Below are positions 48,613 through 62,959 of a stretch of DNA of 64,000 bases, piece by piece. The DNA is from Felis catus (Eukaryota): NCBI RefSeq assembly GCF_018350175.1, contig NC_058368.1, forward strand, positions 65,412,001-65,476,000, read 5' to 3'. Each line of letters begins with the position of its first letter. The stretch's first letter is position 1. The translations under genes and the position numbers were made by a program. Under the pieces are notes generated by a model. The model was not told the origin of the DNA and made no database searches. It saw only the letters and a list, made by a program, of their open reading frames with translations.

Positions 48613-51600
48613 ATGCCATGTTGCCATAGTTATTCTCTTCCTCTGCTGATTTTTAGGAAAGTGTAGGACTTCACTGAGCCCTAAATACTGATAAAATGTT
48701 GTTGGTATTAAGATATTTAGTGGTCAGCAGTATTCTTGTGTGGTGTAATAATAATGTAGGGTGAAGTTTGTGATTACTACTGGGTAGCAGTCAACAAGAG
48801 AGCTAAAAAAATCTTGGTGAAAAGACTGAGTGGGTAGATATGCAGGAAACAGCAATGATGGGCATAAATATATGCTGCTTGTAATGAAAACATATGTATA
48901 GTGTATGTATATAGCATATATACTGTCCTTAGTGTATATTAAATACATATATATGTATATATCCTTTAATTTCTTTTTTTCCCTTTACTAAAGGAAAACC
49001 AGCACAGAATAATGTTACATTTTTTTATTTATTGATAAATGTCTACTATCAGAAACTCCTCTTGGGATAAATTGTTAAATCCTCTAAGACACAGTACAGG
49101 CTGGGAATATTTATTTACATTTAACCCTCGATTTCCACAACATAGGAATCTGCAAATGAGTTTTACTGGGAAAAGGACAAAAGAAAAAAAAAAAAAGGAA
49201 TGATGACCTTGTTTGCTTTTACTGTTAACGGATTTCAGGAGTTAGGGTGTCATGTGTAAATCTGGTGGGGGCCTAACGTTATGGTAAGAGATTCAGGCAT
49301 TTCTTTTCTCCACCCGATGCTTGAGTCCCTTAGAAAAGGACATGGGAAGTTTCAGGAGGGATTGTGGGGGTGATGAACATAGGGGAGAATATGACTTATT
49401 TGGTTGAAAAGAAGAGAGAGGAGGCAGGAGATGAGAATTCTATTTTTTCTTTTTCGCTCGACTAGAAAAGGCTTCGCTTTCCAAATTGCCTCACAGCACC
49501 GAATGGAGATTATTGATAACCAGTTCTGGGAACAGTAATGGCGAAGGAGGGTCAAAGCATGGGGGGTGGCCAGTGGAAGGGAAAGGAGACATTTATTTAG
49601 AGCTCAGCTCTGCATCTCCACTGCTAGTGAATTTCTATTCCATTACCACTTTCTTCTTTCCAGTAATGGAACTTATAGAGACAATGAAAAAGGTAATAGA
49701 GCCATCAATATAGTATATTCTGGAGCCCCGGCTGAGGTGCTAAAGTAGCTTCTAAGGCTTACAAAGCACGCCGAAACGGATCAAGTTCACTGCCTTCCAG
49801 TGCAGTGTGGAAGGGAGTGGAAAAAACTGGCAGTGTATTCAAGAATAACTTCAAGAGTTTTGCGGGTGGCCTTTACCTCTTTAAGAGCAATTACTTCCAT
49901 TTCTAAGGGTGTCAGCTAAGGCGTTATTTATTAATTATTTTCTTCAGAATATTGATTCTTTGTTATCTTGTAATGATATGTGTCCAAAAGATGTTCTTCA
50001 AAAATTGTCTTTTATCCCTTCACGTGTGTACTATTTTTTTGCACCTTTCTTTGATTATGGTGATTTTTTAAAAACCTTGGCATATTATGTCTTAGTTTTC
50101 TTTGTCCTCTGGTCATGCTTGTTGCATTCAGAATCACTCAGGCCACTACTGTCTTTATTGACTATTTTCATATAAACTCTGGAAAGCCACTAGAACATCA
50201 CACTTTTCTTGGTTTCCTCCTCGGGTTTGTTTTGTGATTCCTTAGATAAAAACTGTGTCTTCTTTCTTTTGGGGGAGGGGTCTGTTTTATTGTGGGCAGT
50301 GTGCTGGTAATTGAGGTGGAACTTTTACCAGCTTTTCTAGCTGCTGGATCACCAGGTGTGTTGTAAAAAATAGGCAAATAATAATATATAAAGTTCAGAG
50401 TGGTGCATTGGTATACTGGAAATAGGTAGTGGCAGAATTTGGAAACACACAGAATATGGGAATGTTATTACGAGAGGGACCATCCTCTGCTACGACTCTG
50501 ATAACTGTCTTGTAAGTCATGACTTCAGTGTAGGTTTAACTTGTCCTTGTTCAGGGACATGGTGGAGAAATTTTAAGTGATACAATTACAACCAGTGTCA
50601 CTCGACAGAAGTGATGTGTACCAGCATCAGATTGATTGTGAGTCTTGATGACAAATGCCAGCTACCTTTGGCCACCAGAGAAAGACAGTATTTCTCACGT
50701 ATGCTTTGGCTTTCCGAAAAATGCATTACTAGATTTTATACTAACGTAAAAGTCTTTCAGAGGAAACATTACTTTGTACAATACAGGTTTTTGAAATTTG
50801 ATCTCTGTTTCAGATACTAAGATACACACGCATGCAAACGTATTTATTTTCGTTAGGAAACATTTAGAGGATAATTTAATTTGCACCTCTTGCAGTCGCT
50901 CTTTCTAAATTTCAACTTTTCTTGTGATTCCGCCACCATTTAAAGTGGGTTTTCATTTCTTGGGCTTCTTTTTCTTACCTTTTAGGTTTAATGGCTTATA
51001 CTAAAAGGCACTTATCTTACTACCGGCTAGCATGTTTCATTGGCTACATTTACTCTGGCAGATGAGTTATAGAAGATTCTTTAATATATATATTTTTCTT
51101 TTTTCCTATAGATGGACCCTCGTAGTGTTTTGACAGTTAAAAAGGATGGGGGGTTATTGAGCGTCTAGTTTCTCAGCTGCTCAGCTGTATTTTTTGAGCT
51201 ATATATCAGTAAAATTACCCAGCTCTCTTACAGAAGGTGTTCTGTTGCCAGATGGTACTCTGCAGGAAGCAACTTCTTAGTTTTCTTAAATCAGGATTTA
51301 TAGTAAAATAGAATAACACTTAGATATGGAAGACTTAGGTTTCTCTGCAAATCTTACAGGCTCAAATACCCGTCCTTTCTCTCTGTCTTCATTGTTTCCT
51401 ATTCAATTAAGCTGATAACAAAATGTCTACCCTGTGATTCAATAACTGAAGGACACATTCTTAGCAATGTTCATTGTATCACCTGCTCAGAGACTGGATG
51501 GAAAGGTTCAGCTTCAATTGCACCATTAGCCTGGCAACTACAGCCAATCGTTACCAATGATTTTTGGTCTCCCTAATTGTTTTTTTTCCTCTATTGAGCT

Positions 51601-52539
51601 TATTCAGAAATAATGAAACTTCATCCTTCCTTTTCTTAAAACATATTCACACAAAGTGTAGTTGCCATTTCTTCTATAAACTCATCAGCGTTGCCTTAAG
51701 GACTCCCCTTAACTATTGATTTTCCAGTCTAGCTAATAGATCTCCTAATTTGCAGAAATACCCCCATGCATGATTCAACAATTAGAAAATTATGAAAGGA
51801 AGTCCCAGGGGACTCCCAGGTTCTGCACATCCTGATGACTCTGCATCAGCCTCCCTGTTGGAAGTATTGGGACTGGGTGACCTGGGAGAGAAGAATAAAA
51901 CACCAGTGCTTTTATATAATAAAATAAGGCTGTGCTTCCTTATTTTCCAGGCACTACAGCTATTTCGAAGGGGTATATTCTGGCTTAGATTAGAAGTGGC
52001 ACATTTCAACAACTATTCTGAAATATCGTTTACATAAAGTATTTCAGTACTTACTTGAAACCCACTCCCACAAAACAGGAAAGACTAAGATCAAGTTTCA
52101 TTAAACCCTTTTGGGAAGATAGGTAGGATTAACTGTTACAGACTTCCATGGCTTAAAATCTAAACCCCTATTTTTTAAATGAAAGTTAACTTGTTTTTGT
52201 AATAATCAGAATTGCCTTGGCCTGGAGTTCTAATAGAGAAATTTTGTGGAGATTAGAACATAACCTTCTATGCTGCCTTATCACTTGTTGCTAATTAAGA
52301 CTGTGTTATAACTTTGTGACTCATTTGGTGAACATTAAAATTGCCAGAGTATTAAGTATTTTTGTAGCACAACATGTGGCTATGACGTCTTCTCAAATGG
52401 CTAGTTTGCTTGTGATTAATTCCAAAGCTTGAAAATATATAAGATATTAGAGCCCTGATGCACAAATAAGAAGGACTTAGCCCTTAACTCTCTCCTATTT
52501 TTGACCACCCCTAGGTTTCCTCATTTTTCTACCTTGATT

Positions 52540-53050
52540 TGACATGTTCTTGTCTCACTTAAAGATCTTCAGTACTCTCCATTGTTTGTAGGTCTTACAA
52601 GACCCCATGCTGTACTCCTGCCTATGGAAACACCGTCTTCCCGTCCCTCTCAGATCTACCCTGATTCATCTATTCTTTCCATTTCGGTATTCTTTCCATT
52701 TCGGTAATCACCAGTTTCCAACCAGCATTCATGCTGTCACTCTGTTCTGAATGAAACCTATCCCCTAACTTTGACTTTATTCCTCCATCAATCTTTTCAA
52801 TGGTTACTACTTCTGTGAAGTTTTATTTCTACCTATGATTTGACTTCCGTAGAAAATATTGATTTCTCTTTTGTATACAGGCAATAATTTATGTTTGTAA
52901 TTGTTCTAGAACTCGTCACATATGATCAACAGTGTGCATCTACATGCCCCTCCACACTGGATCCTGAAATCTTTTTGGATTCTCTTTTTTGGATTCCTTA
53001 TATCTGGCTTTGTGCCTTATATATAGTAAATGCTCAACAGATGCTTTTGA
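52540..53050 (+). mobile_element. L2 fragment
   Basis: cttaaagatcttcagtactctccattg...tgtgccttatatatagtaaatgctcaacagatgcttttga. Confidence 0.65.
52671..52704. repeat. Perfect 17-bp tandem duplication
   Basis: tattctttccatttcgg x2. Confidence 0.92.
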
Positions 53051-53885
53051 AGAAACAGGACTGAAGTAAACCTTGGAAATTATCTAGTTAATGCCTTTAT
53101 TATTTTATAAGTGAGAAAAAACATTGTCACTTAAAGCATTTATTTGGTTATTATCACAATGTCATTATCAGTACCTGATAGCTCTCCTTTTGCATTATTG
53201 GTTTCCAGCTATTTGAACATAATAGAAACTAAAAATTTAATGAACAATCTACTGTTTTTGTAGTGCTTTTTTTTCCCAACATACTTTTACCTTCTTCAGG
53301 TTGATGAGGCTCACAGGGCCAGAATTCTTTCCCCCACATAAAGGGCAAAAGGCTTAAGTGATTCACCAAGGTCACAGAAGGAAAGAAAAACACTTGAATT
53401 AAGACCTGTCTTACTCTAACCCTTCATGGGTCATTCAGCCATCATTGGAAGTTGGACTATGACCCTGGTCCTGTTTCTCCATGTGGCATTAAGCTGTTTC
53501 AGATGTCTTGTTAGAAAAGCACAACTTTTACTTCTAGCTGCAAGAAAAGAATCCTGCATTGAACTATCCCTGGAAAAAAAAAATGCCTGGAGGAGTTTGT
53601 CTTTGATGGTTTAGGGGAGGAAGTTCAGCCTTTAGGTCGTGCTGTACATCCTGGGAGTAGAAATTGAGGTAGGAGTGAACTTGAACCTTCCTCATTTCCA
53701 AAGCTTAACACAAAATGATAAAGGTCATATAAGTTTTTGTTTGTTTGCTTTATTTTTATTTCTTAGCTGTATAATACATATTTATTATATATGTTTTAGA
53801 AAACTTAGAAAAATGTAAAGAAAAATGTTAAAAATATCGATAGTCTGTCACTAGGAATCCACTATGAACATTAACAACCACTGTT

Positions 53886-54110
53886 AACTCTGGAATTAGG
53901 TTGCCTGGGTTAAATCCTGGTTCTGCCACTTAGTAGTTATGGAATTAACCTCATCTTTCTGGATCTAAGTGTACTTATTCATGAAATGGGAGCAATAATA
54001 TTGCTTGTATCAAAAGGTTCTTGTGAGGAATACATGAATTTAAAGTGTAAAGCACTTTAAATTGTACCTGATCACAGAATATGTACCCACTTAATTGAAC
54101 TGTTATTATG
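53886..54110 (+). mobile_element. MIR SINE
   Basis: ctctggaattaggttgcctgggttaaatcctggttctgccacttagtag...ggttcttgtgagga...tgtaaagcactt. Confidence 0.88.
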
Positions 54111-54145
54111 CATCTAGTCATTTTATTTTTAAAATCTGGAATGTA

Positions 54146-54350
54146 AGTTGCCTGGGTGGCCCAGCTGGTTAAGTGTCTGACTCTTGATTTTGGCTCAGGT
54201 CATAGTCTCCTGGTTCGTGAGTTTCAGCCCCACATTGGGCTCTGTGCTATCGATAGTGCGGAGCCTGCTTGGAGTTGTTGCTCTCTCTCTCTTTCTACCC
54301 CTCCCCTGCTTGCACTCTCTCTCTCTCAAAATAGATGAATGTAAAAAATC
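54146..54350 (+). mobile_element. Older Can-SINE
   Basis: TSD atctggaatgta at 54134-54145 and 54351-54362. Confidence 0.93.
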
Positions 54351-54669
54351 ATCTGGAATGTATGCTGAAATATAACATTTTATCCTACATTTCCCAGTTA
54401 ATATGTCATAAGCACTTCTCCACATACTTAAATATTCTCTTATAATATGAATTTATTGGTTATATTTCACCGTCATTTCATCCTGTCTTTATTGATCTAA
54501 CCAGTCCCTAATTGTTTCTAATCTTCGACTATTGTACTATACTTTGACATACAGTTATGTTATATATCTTTATGCATTGGCCTGATGATTTCCTTGGGAT
54601 AGATGCCTAGGAAAAGAATTAATGGATAAAAGGTATAATTCTTTTAAGGATTTTGAGTTATCAACCTCG

Positions 54670-55620
54670 TTTTCAAACCGTTTTATTGATATATAATTTA
54701 CATGTCCTGTACTTCCTACAATTAAGGTTTACAATTCAATGGTTTTTGTTATATTTAATAATATGATAAGCTATAGATAACATAAATTTATCGTCTTTGT
54801 CAGTTTTGAGTGCACACTTTAGTGGTAATAATTACAGTCACCGTGTTATGCAGCCATCACTGCTATTTCCGAACCTTTTTTGTTACCTGAAACCATTGTT
54901 ACCTGAACCATTAACCAGTAGCTTTTATTCCCTTCTCCCCCTATCCCCTGGGAACCTCTAGTTTACCTTCTGTCTCTGCCAATTTGCTTGTTCTAGATAC
55001 TTCATAAAAATGGAATCCTACAATGTCTGTCCTTTTGTGTCTGTCTCATTTCACGTGGCCTGCTGCTGTTGAGATTCAAACATGATGTAGCATGTATTAG
55101 AATTTCATTCGTTTTCTATGGCCGACCAATACTCCGTTGTATGTTTTGACTGCATTTTTTTAATCCGTTCATCTATGACGGACATTTGGTGTGAATAATA
55201 GTGTGGTGAATGTTGTCATTAAACTATCTGTTTAAGTGCCTGTTTTCAGTTCTTTTGAGTGTATACCTAGAAGAGGAAGTACTTCTGGGTCTCTTGGGAA
55301 CTCTGTGTGTGGTTAGAACCACCTCACTCTTTTTCCACAGCAATTCCACCATTTTGCATTCCACCAGCAGTGTATGAGGGACCTAATTTTCCTCACGAGG
55401 GTAAACCCTTGTTACTTTCCTTTTTTGTTGTAGCTCTCCGGCATGTGTGAAGTGGTGTCTCATTGTGGTTTGTATTTACATTTCACTAATGATTAATGGT
55501 GTTGAACATCTTGCAAGAGCATAGTTACTATTTGGGTAGGTTCTTTGGAGAAATGACTATCCAGGCCTTATGTCCATTGTAAATAGTTGGATTGTTTGAA
55601 TTTTTGTTGTTTGAGTTATT
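54670..55620 (-). mobile_element. L1MB/L1MA10-like 3' ends: a short one at about 54670-54760, then a longer one
   Basis: ttttattgatatataatttacat...aggtttacaattcaatgg; tgcagccatcactgctatttcc; ccattttgcattccaccagcagtgtatgagg. Confidence 0.88.
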
Positions 55621-56739
55621 TACCTTTTAAGAAATTACTTTCTTATTTTGTGCTTGTAAATATTTACCACGAAGGAGATACTTTAGGCTCCTTAGAATTT
55701 GTGAGTGGAATTAGAGTTCATAAGATACCCTCCTTCATGTAATGAGTATGACCCTGTGCCAGGCATGGTGTTGGGTTGCTGGGTACACACGTGTGTGTGG
55801 TTTGTTGGCTAGATATTCTTACTAATTTTTTCTTGCTCAGAACTTACTTCTTCATCAGAAAGACTTCCTCTGCTTCAAAGCATGTCCTTCACCAAGTATA
55901 AGTACTGTATACAGTATTTTGACCCTGTACAGATTGTGGAATGCATATTCTTAGCACAAACTGACAGCATTCCCTAACACTGTAAGATGCTGCTAACGTA
56001 TCTGAAAGGGATTTTATGAAACCAAAGGAGAGTTTTAATACTTTGGATCCAATGTTGATTCTGTCAATAGTAAATTTGTTCTGGGTTTCTTTCCTGGCTT
56101 GCTCTGTTCCAATTCCCATTTCAGCACTTTGAAACTACATTGAGGCAATAGCTTTCAATACACCTTGAATCAGTCCCAAAACACCAGAGCGTAGAGCGAT
56201 ATTGAAATAATATAACCAGAGGGAAAGATAACATATTAATAGAACCACCCACAAGAAAGGCGAAGTCCAATGAAGCAAAAACATGTATGTGTCTTTTATT
56301 TTAAAAATCTCACCTACAGTTCTTCCCCATTAAGCTTGCTTGCAGGGTTTTCCAACGAAGGAGTCTAATTTCGATCGGGTCTGGGCTGGACTGCACCCTA
56401 AGGAGGTACATCTGCTCAGAATGAGTAATGGTGATTTGAGAAGTGGCATACTAACTTTCATATTCTGCAGCCTTCACGTGGTTTTTCAGAAGCTGACTAT
56501 CCAGCATCTTGGTTTTCTTTACTATTGTCGTCTGGCTGTGCAAGAGAAGAGTGTTGAGGCCAAGGGTAATTTTGTTGGTACTTAAAAGTATCTGAAGTCT
56601 GATTTAGTCCATGGGTCATCTTCCAATGCCCTGAGCTAGAGTAACAGGCCAGGTGAGTGCAGGATTTGATATCAAGCAGAACATTAGATCAGGTGCTAAG
56701 CCTGCATACAGGTGTGTGGGATGTGTGACATCATTAACT

Positions 56740-57210
56740 AATGGCAACTCACACTGTTCTTGCTGGGCTCTTACTATGTGTTAATCCAGGCATTCTGTGA
56801 AACACTTGACATGAAAATTGTCTCACTTATGTCGATCAATTTTAAGAGGCAGACGGTTACCACCTGCATTTTAAAGACATGGCTAGGGGCACCTGGGTGG
56901 CTCAGTCGGTTGAGTGTCCAACTTCAGCTCAGGTCATGATCTCGCGGTCCGTGAGTTCGAGCCCCACATCAAGCTCTGTGCTGTCAGTTCAGAGCCTGGA
57001 GCCTGCTTCAGATTCTGTGTCTCCCTCTCTCTCTGCCCCCCCCCCCACTAACACTCTGTCTCTATCAAAAAATGAATAAATAAATAAAAAAAAAAGACAC
57101 GGAGAGTACCAGAGTGACTAAACAGTGTTCCCAAGGTCACATGTTTAATGGATGCTGGGATTAGGATTCTAAACCGAGTATGATATCTCAGAGGAAAGCT
57201 TGGGTGCTTG
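56740..57210 (-). mobile_element. MIR split by a SINE
   Basis: ctcttactatgtg...ggcattctgtgaaacacttgacatg; cccaaggtcacatg...gattaggattctaaacc. Confidence 0.7.
56886..57092 (+). mobile_element. Can-SINE (SINEC_Fc)
   Basis: Full body; TSD aaagaca(t/c)gg. Confidence 0.96.
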
Positions 57211-59199
57211 ACTATGTACAAAACAGTTCTCTCATGAGAGAATGCTTTTATCTATTGCCACATCACTGGACCCCACTGGCCACTGACCCCAATATTCCAT
57301 GTTGTTGATCTTTTTTTGGCCATTGTTGCAAGTAAGCACCTTAGGCAAGAAAGAGAGGTCTTTCTTCAACTGTTACCTTGGCCAATTCTCTCTGCTCATC
57401 CCTAGCCCCCAGCAGGCACCCAAGTGAGGAATTTCCCTCATGTCTACCATGGTCTTTCATTCTGCCTCCTCTTTTCATGTGCATGATTTTACATGCCCAG
57501 GAGGACTATCTTTGGTGATGCTTGTTTTGATTAGAAAACATGGCAACCGATAGATACTGGGGATGAGCCCACAAAGTGTTACATATGCTGCTTTTCTTCA
57601 TCACTCTTATAGCATTTTGTAATTTTACTCTTTTTATCTTTTTGATACTCTTTCCTCCATACTGTGTGCAGAGACCATATCTGATTGGTTTTCTGCCATA
57701 TACCTACTCCTTGACATGGTGTCTCATGTATGACAAGTACTTAATAAATCCACATCAAGTAAAAGAATCAATAAAGGAATGTGTGAGTTCTCTCCAAGAG
57801 GTTAGAATACAGGAATCTAGATCCATGCAAAAATTATTATTAACATCTCCTCCCTATACAGTAGGTGCTAAAGTGAATAGTCCGTTTTAGGTGAGAAGAA
57901 GAGAAAATGTCACATTGACTCATAAATCACCTGGACTTACGCTGTTGAGCATATTCACAGTAGAAAAAGACTTTCTGTCCCCGTTGAGCTCAGACTGTGA
58001 AGCCACAGAAACAGAAATTTGGTTTTCCTTCGGATGTGCAAGCATTCCTTCAAGGTGATGTTTGATCGGCAGCTCACACCTGCTCAGCTTTCCCAGTCAG
58101 GGCTTCCTTGGAGGCCTTTGTCCATGGATGTATGGACCTCTCTCTCCTGGAGAGACCTAGTTGGGTATTCCACAAGCTTTCTTTAGTTCCAAAGGAGATA
58201 AATAAGTGGCTAGAACTCAGGGAATTTCAGGTGAATAGGATCCTGGCTAAGAGTTTATAAGATACTGCCATAGTTTTATGCATCTAAATCTCAATGAGTT
58301 GAAATAACCACGTAAAACCAATCTATACGAAAGCATGTTCTAATTAAACTTCTCAGTGATGACTAGGGAAGGATTGACCTATAAGCCTAAATTTGGTGTT
58401 GGAGAATGTATCCTGGACCCACTGCTCCCTTTTTGCTATTTTTTTTTTAAAGCTCATTTCTTCCAGCCTGAGCTATGACTCCTAGTTACATTTTATCACC
58501 TTGGGGTTCAAAATCTTCACCTTATGGGATTGTCAGGTATTGCTGACTTTGTTTTGACCACCTGATTTTCTGTAGTTTGTACTGAACCTGAATCTTGAAT
58601 CTCTGTGATAACAAATGCTGTCTTGGTAAATGGATCCTGAGTTTTGATTCTCTTATTTTCTGTGTAATCAGTTGAAACGCTCCTGGTCTGTTCATGGATT
58701 CTGTCTGGTTTGCTGCAGCAGTTGAAATGAGAGTCTGTCTTTTCCCTGGTTGCAATGAATTTTCCTTCCTTTGTTCTTTTTTTTTTTTTAAATCTTCCTT
58801 CTTCCCTTTTCTTTCATTCCTCTCTTTTTTTCTTCCTTCTACCACTCAACACATTTTACTGAGTGCCAGCAAAGCTTGCCGTTAGGCACTTGCTAAAAAA
58901 ATATAGACAGGGATCTTATTTTAATGGTCCATGGAGGACACCAAGTATTAAAAATATAATCATAGAAATAATTCAAAATTGTGGTAATGGCCTGAGGTCA
59001 AAAATACAATTTTCAGTGAAAGACACTAACAAGGATTTATACTGATCTAGGAAGTTGAGGGCTGAAGGTTGGGTCCCAGTTTGATATGCTTGGAATTAAG
59101 TGTGAGAGTGGATGGAGGACATGCCTGTAAAGGCCTTTGGGATGGGAAGAGGTTGATTTCGTGTGGCAATCCCATGAAGACCACCTCCATACACAGCTC

Positions 59200-59415
59200 A
59201 CCCACCTCCCTGCTTTTTTCTTTATAGCACTATTCAGCATCTAACATAAATTAGAATTCTTTCTCTTCTTTGCTACCTTTTCCCATAGACTTTAAGCATT
59301 AGGAGGGCAGAGATATTTATCTATTTAGTGTGTGTGTGTGTTTCGTATTTTCATTGCTAGATCTCTGCTGCCTAGAATAGCAGCTGACAAACAGTAGGTG
59401 CCTGATATTGTTCAA
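59200..59415 (+). mobile_element. L2a 3' end
   Basis: tttctttatagcactattcagcatctaacat...tagactttaagcattaggagggcagaga...cctagaatagcagctgacaaacagtaggtgc. Confidence 0.8.
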
Positions 59416-59838
59416 ATCCAGTGAGACTGGGCCACTGTGAGTACAATGAGCCAGAGAGAGCAGAGCATATGTTAGTTGGAGAAGAGGGTGGAATCTGGGT
59501 TACATGGGTTGTTTTAGATCATGCTCTGGATTTAGGATTTTATCCAAAGTGCAGTAGATAACATTGCATGAAATGTTGCATGAATGTTATGTAGTACCGC
59601 CATCTTTTTTGTTCGTTTGTTTGTTTCTAATAGAGAACTCACACAATTTCTTCCCTTATTAAGTCAACTTACGCTAGGTTGCATTTATAGTTTCAAATAC
59701 TAGCATCTACTGTCTAACACTTAAAAACCAGAAAGAGGTCATTAGAAAGGTTTTACCATGAATCCCAACCCATGTGGGAAAGAGCTGCAGAGAAGTCAAC
59801 TTCTGAGGAATATTTTTGCCCTTTCTTCAGTGAATGGT

Positions 59839-59840
<2 letters not shown>

Positions 59841-59886
<46 letters not shown>
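59841..59886. repeat. (TG)23 microsatellite
   Basis: Perfect run. Confidence 0.98.
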
Positions 59887-59889
<3 letters not shown>

Positions 59890-60094
59890 AAGGAAAGGGA
59901 TTCCATTATAAGCTTTTAAAGAGCATTGGCTAGTTTACTGTGTATGTTTTAAATGATCATGTGTGTTTCTAGTTATTTATTTATGTACCTGCCCTTGGAT
60001 TAATACCTATTAACAAGAAACAACTAATCATATAAAGTAGGCTTTATCCTTATTTTGCACATGAATAAATGAACAATAAGGTGGTGGGAAGGAA

Positions 60095-60290
60095 ACTAGC
60101 ATCTGAGTGTCTACTATGTATCCGGCATTTTCCACATTTATCTCATTTAATCCTCACAAAACCCTTTGAGAAAGGGGGCATTATTTCTCATCTGATTAAG
60201 ATGAGAGAATGAATCCAAGATAGGTTAACGAAGAGTTCCAGTGTCACAAGACAAGTAAAAAGAAGAGTCTGAATGATCTTTGCTGTTATA
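60095..60290 (-). mobile_element. MIR SINE
   Basis: ctgagtgtctactatgtatccggcattttccacatttatctcatttaatcctcacaaaaccctttgag. Confidence 0.85.
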
Positions 60291-61009
60291 TTTTACGGCT
60301 CCTAGGGAATTTTTAACAACTTGCTGCAATAGCAGAACTAATAAAGAGCTCAAGTATGTATGAAACCTAGGTCCTCTGACTCTTGAGCCATTTCTGCTTT
60401 TTTTTCACTGTAAGGTAATGCATCAGTTACTGCTTCTAATTAAATCTTCAAGTGCTGATCTCACTTCATAAGTGCAGGGCAATGCAGGGAGAGAACCCTC
60501 AAAGTAGACATTAAGTGTGTTGAATGCTCCAGTCACAGATGTAGGGTGGGACCTTTCACCTTCTCGTTCTTACAGAATCATTTTTTACTAGATGTGGAAG
60601 ACATCTAGTAGAAGGCGGGCCCTGGATGAGATGTTCTCTGGGGTCCCTTTTATCTCCAATATTTAATGATGTTTAAAGTTAACTGCATTTGCTGCACAAA
60701 ATATTTTGAGCCTGAGCAATGTTGGAGAAAGTGGAGTGTCCGGGTCAGTCAGAATTCAGGCTCATGTTCTTAACACCAGACTCTACTTTAGCCAACATGG
60801 GTCTTGATTTCCTCCTGGAAAGCTCCCCAAACCTGGAAGGTTTCTTGTATACTAGTCAATTAACAGCCTTAAAACACTTGTGAAATGAGCCCTTCTCTAT
60901 CTGTTTGCTCCCTATTGATCTTTTTCGGGGGTCAGTGCTTCACACAAAACTTACTCTGTGAGAAGTAAATCTAAGCTTACTTATTGTATTTATTTTTTCA
61001 ACATAATAG

Positions 61010-61012
61010 AAA

Positions 61013-61051
<39 letters not shown>
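61010..61051. repeat. (AAAT)10 tetranucleotide repeat
   Basis: Perfect run with no SINE body attached. Confidence 0.95.
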
Positions 61052-62492
61052 GAGAACTTGGTCACTTCCTACGCTTGGCTTCCCCAATAATTTGTTTGGT
61101 TTCTGGAAATTGTGTACTTACAAATATACCTATCTTAAAAAAAGGAAAGCCATTGTTTTGAGATCATGTTTTTTAAAGGCAATTGGAGCCTTTTTTATCA
61201 GCTTACTCATACTCATTGTTCTTTCTCTGTCTCTAAAGCCTATTCTTTTATGAGCTACATGCATAGTTAACTTGGGCTTTTCCAATGAAAACAAATACAT
61301 GTTTTAAAAAATTCCCTTTTTTGCTAAATACACTTTTATCTTAATATATATTTCTTATTGGAAGTGTTAATACATAGTAGAATACTTTTTGTCTCCATAG
61401 AATCATCTAGATATTGTGAAGTTGTCATATTTGAAAAGGGGGGAGCATTTTCCTGGGAGATGGCTGAGATTTCTCCTGTGAGCTAAGGAGACAGGATTAT
61501 TTCCTGATATCACAAATGACGACTTTGTAGCTCCAGAGGATCTCCGTTTAGACTCTCCTGCCCCTTTACAACAATTAAACTTTATTTTGTTTTTGAATAT
61601 TATTACCTAACACATATTAAAAGACACACACACACACACAATGAAGACTGGAGTGCTATGATTTGATATCTTTTGGGGGAGCATTAGAAGGCGCAGTAGG
61701 TCTAAGAGGAAAAAAACCAAACAACCCAAACTTGAGTTATCAAGAAGAACCTATAAGTAAGGAAGACTGTAGGCTTGACAAAGTCCACACAGCAAGTTCT
61801 GAATTAGCCTTTGACCCTCACAATGGTGCCATCAGAAAAAGTGTCCCTTCTTCCCATTTTTCTAATTCTCCACATTGGCATAGGTGTGTTATTCCAATTA
61901 GTTTTGTTAAATTAAATTTTTTTAGAAGGGGCTTATTTAAAGTAGAGATAAGTATCTCATCACCTTTTGTGTAGAAAGGCAGAGTTTTGGTATTGTTTGC
62001 TTGCTTAATTGACTTCCTTAGTTATATTTTTTAATCAGCCTTATATCCTTCTGGGCATATTTGTGACCACTGCAATGATTAATCATTTTCAGGAAAAATT
62101 TCAAGAGGCACTGAAATCTTTTGTCAGATAGTTTTTCTGATGGAGGTATTAAAATTCCTCTACCCTATGAAACTTTTAAAAATACGATAACAGAACTGGG
62201 ATCGGAATTTATTAGATTGTTGAGATTCAATAATTGTGATTATTAATTCATTCATCTTATTGAAACAATATTTCTGATAGTCTTGGTTTCTTAACTGCTG
62301 TCACATAGAAGATATAAGGCCTATTCTGGTTAATCACCTCATTTATCAAATACTTAAAAAGGAGAACAGCAAAACAAATACTAAGTACTGGAAGTTCTTT
62401 AATGAAATATCAAAATTAATAAATACTGAGAGAAGTCAGTTCTTCTATTTGAATTTCATTGTGAACTTTTTTTGAAATAAAGAAGCAAAGGT

Positions 62493-62695
62493 GGGGCTCC
62501 TGGGTGGCTCAGTTGGTTAAGTGTCTGACTATCGATTTTGGCTCAGGTCATGATCTCACAGTTCATGAGTTTCAGCTGCACTGACAGCATGAAACCTGAC
62601 TGGGAGTCTTTCTCTCTCTGCCCCTCCCTCGCTTCTGCTCTCTCCCTCTCTCCCCCCCCCAAATAAATAAATGCTTAAAAAATGTGCTAAAAAAG
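62493..62695 (+). mobile_element. Older Can-SINE with internal deletion
   Basis: ggggctcctgggtggctcagttggttaagtgtctgact head, CT tract, aataaataaa tail. Confidence 0.93.
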
Positions 62696-62959
62696 AAAGC
62701 TGCTTGAAGGTGCATATCATTCTTTACTATGTCTTAACCCATTCCCTCCTTTGACTTGTTCCCAACTTGGGCTCTGTCTGTACTAATTCAGTGCCCCTTT
62801 TCTTCATAAATCCAGTATGTGTCTCTGTCTCCTGGCACATGCCATTTCATTGGGGAGCTAAGGTATCGAGCTGAGACACCATCAGGATGAACACAAGATG
62901 TGGGGATCAAAAATGAATCAGATCCAGCCCTATTCTGGCAACTGTTCTGGGGAAACTGC

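Larger units (their letters stand above)
53750..54660 (-). mobile_element. Ancient L1ME-like 3' end, interrupted by MIR and SINE
   Basis: ttagaaaacttagaaaaatgtaaag; atttccttgggatagatgcctaggaaaagaattaatggataaaaggtat. Confidence 0.7.
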
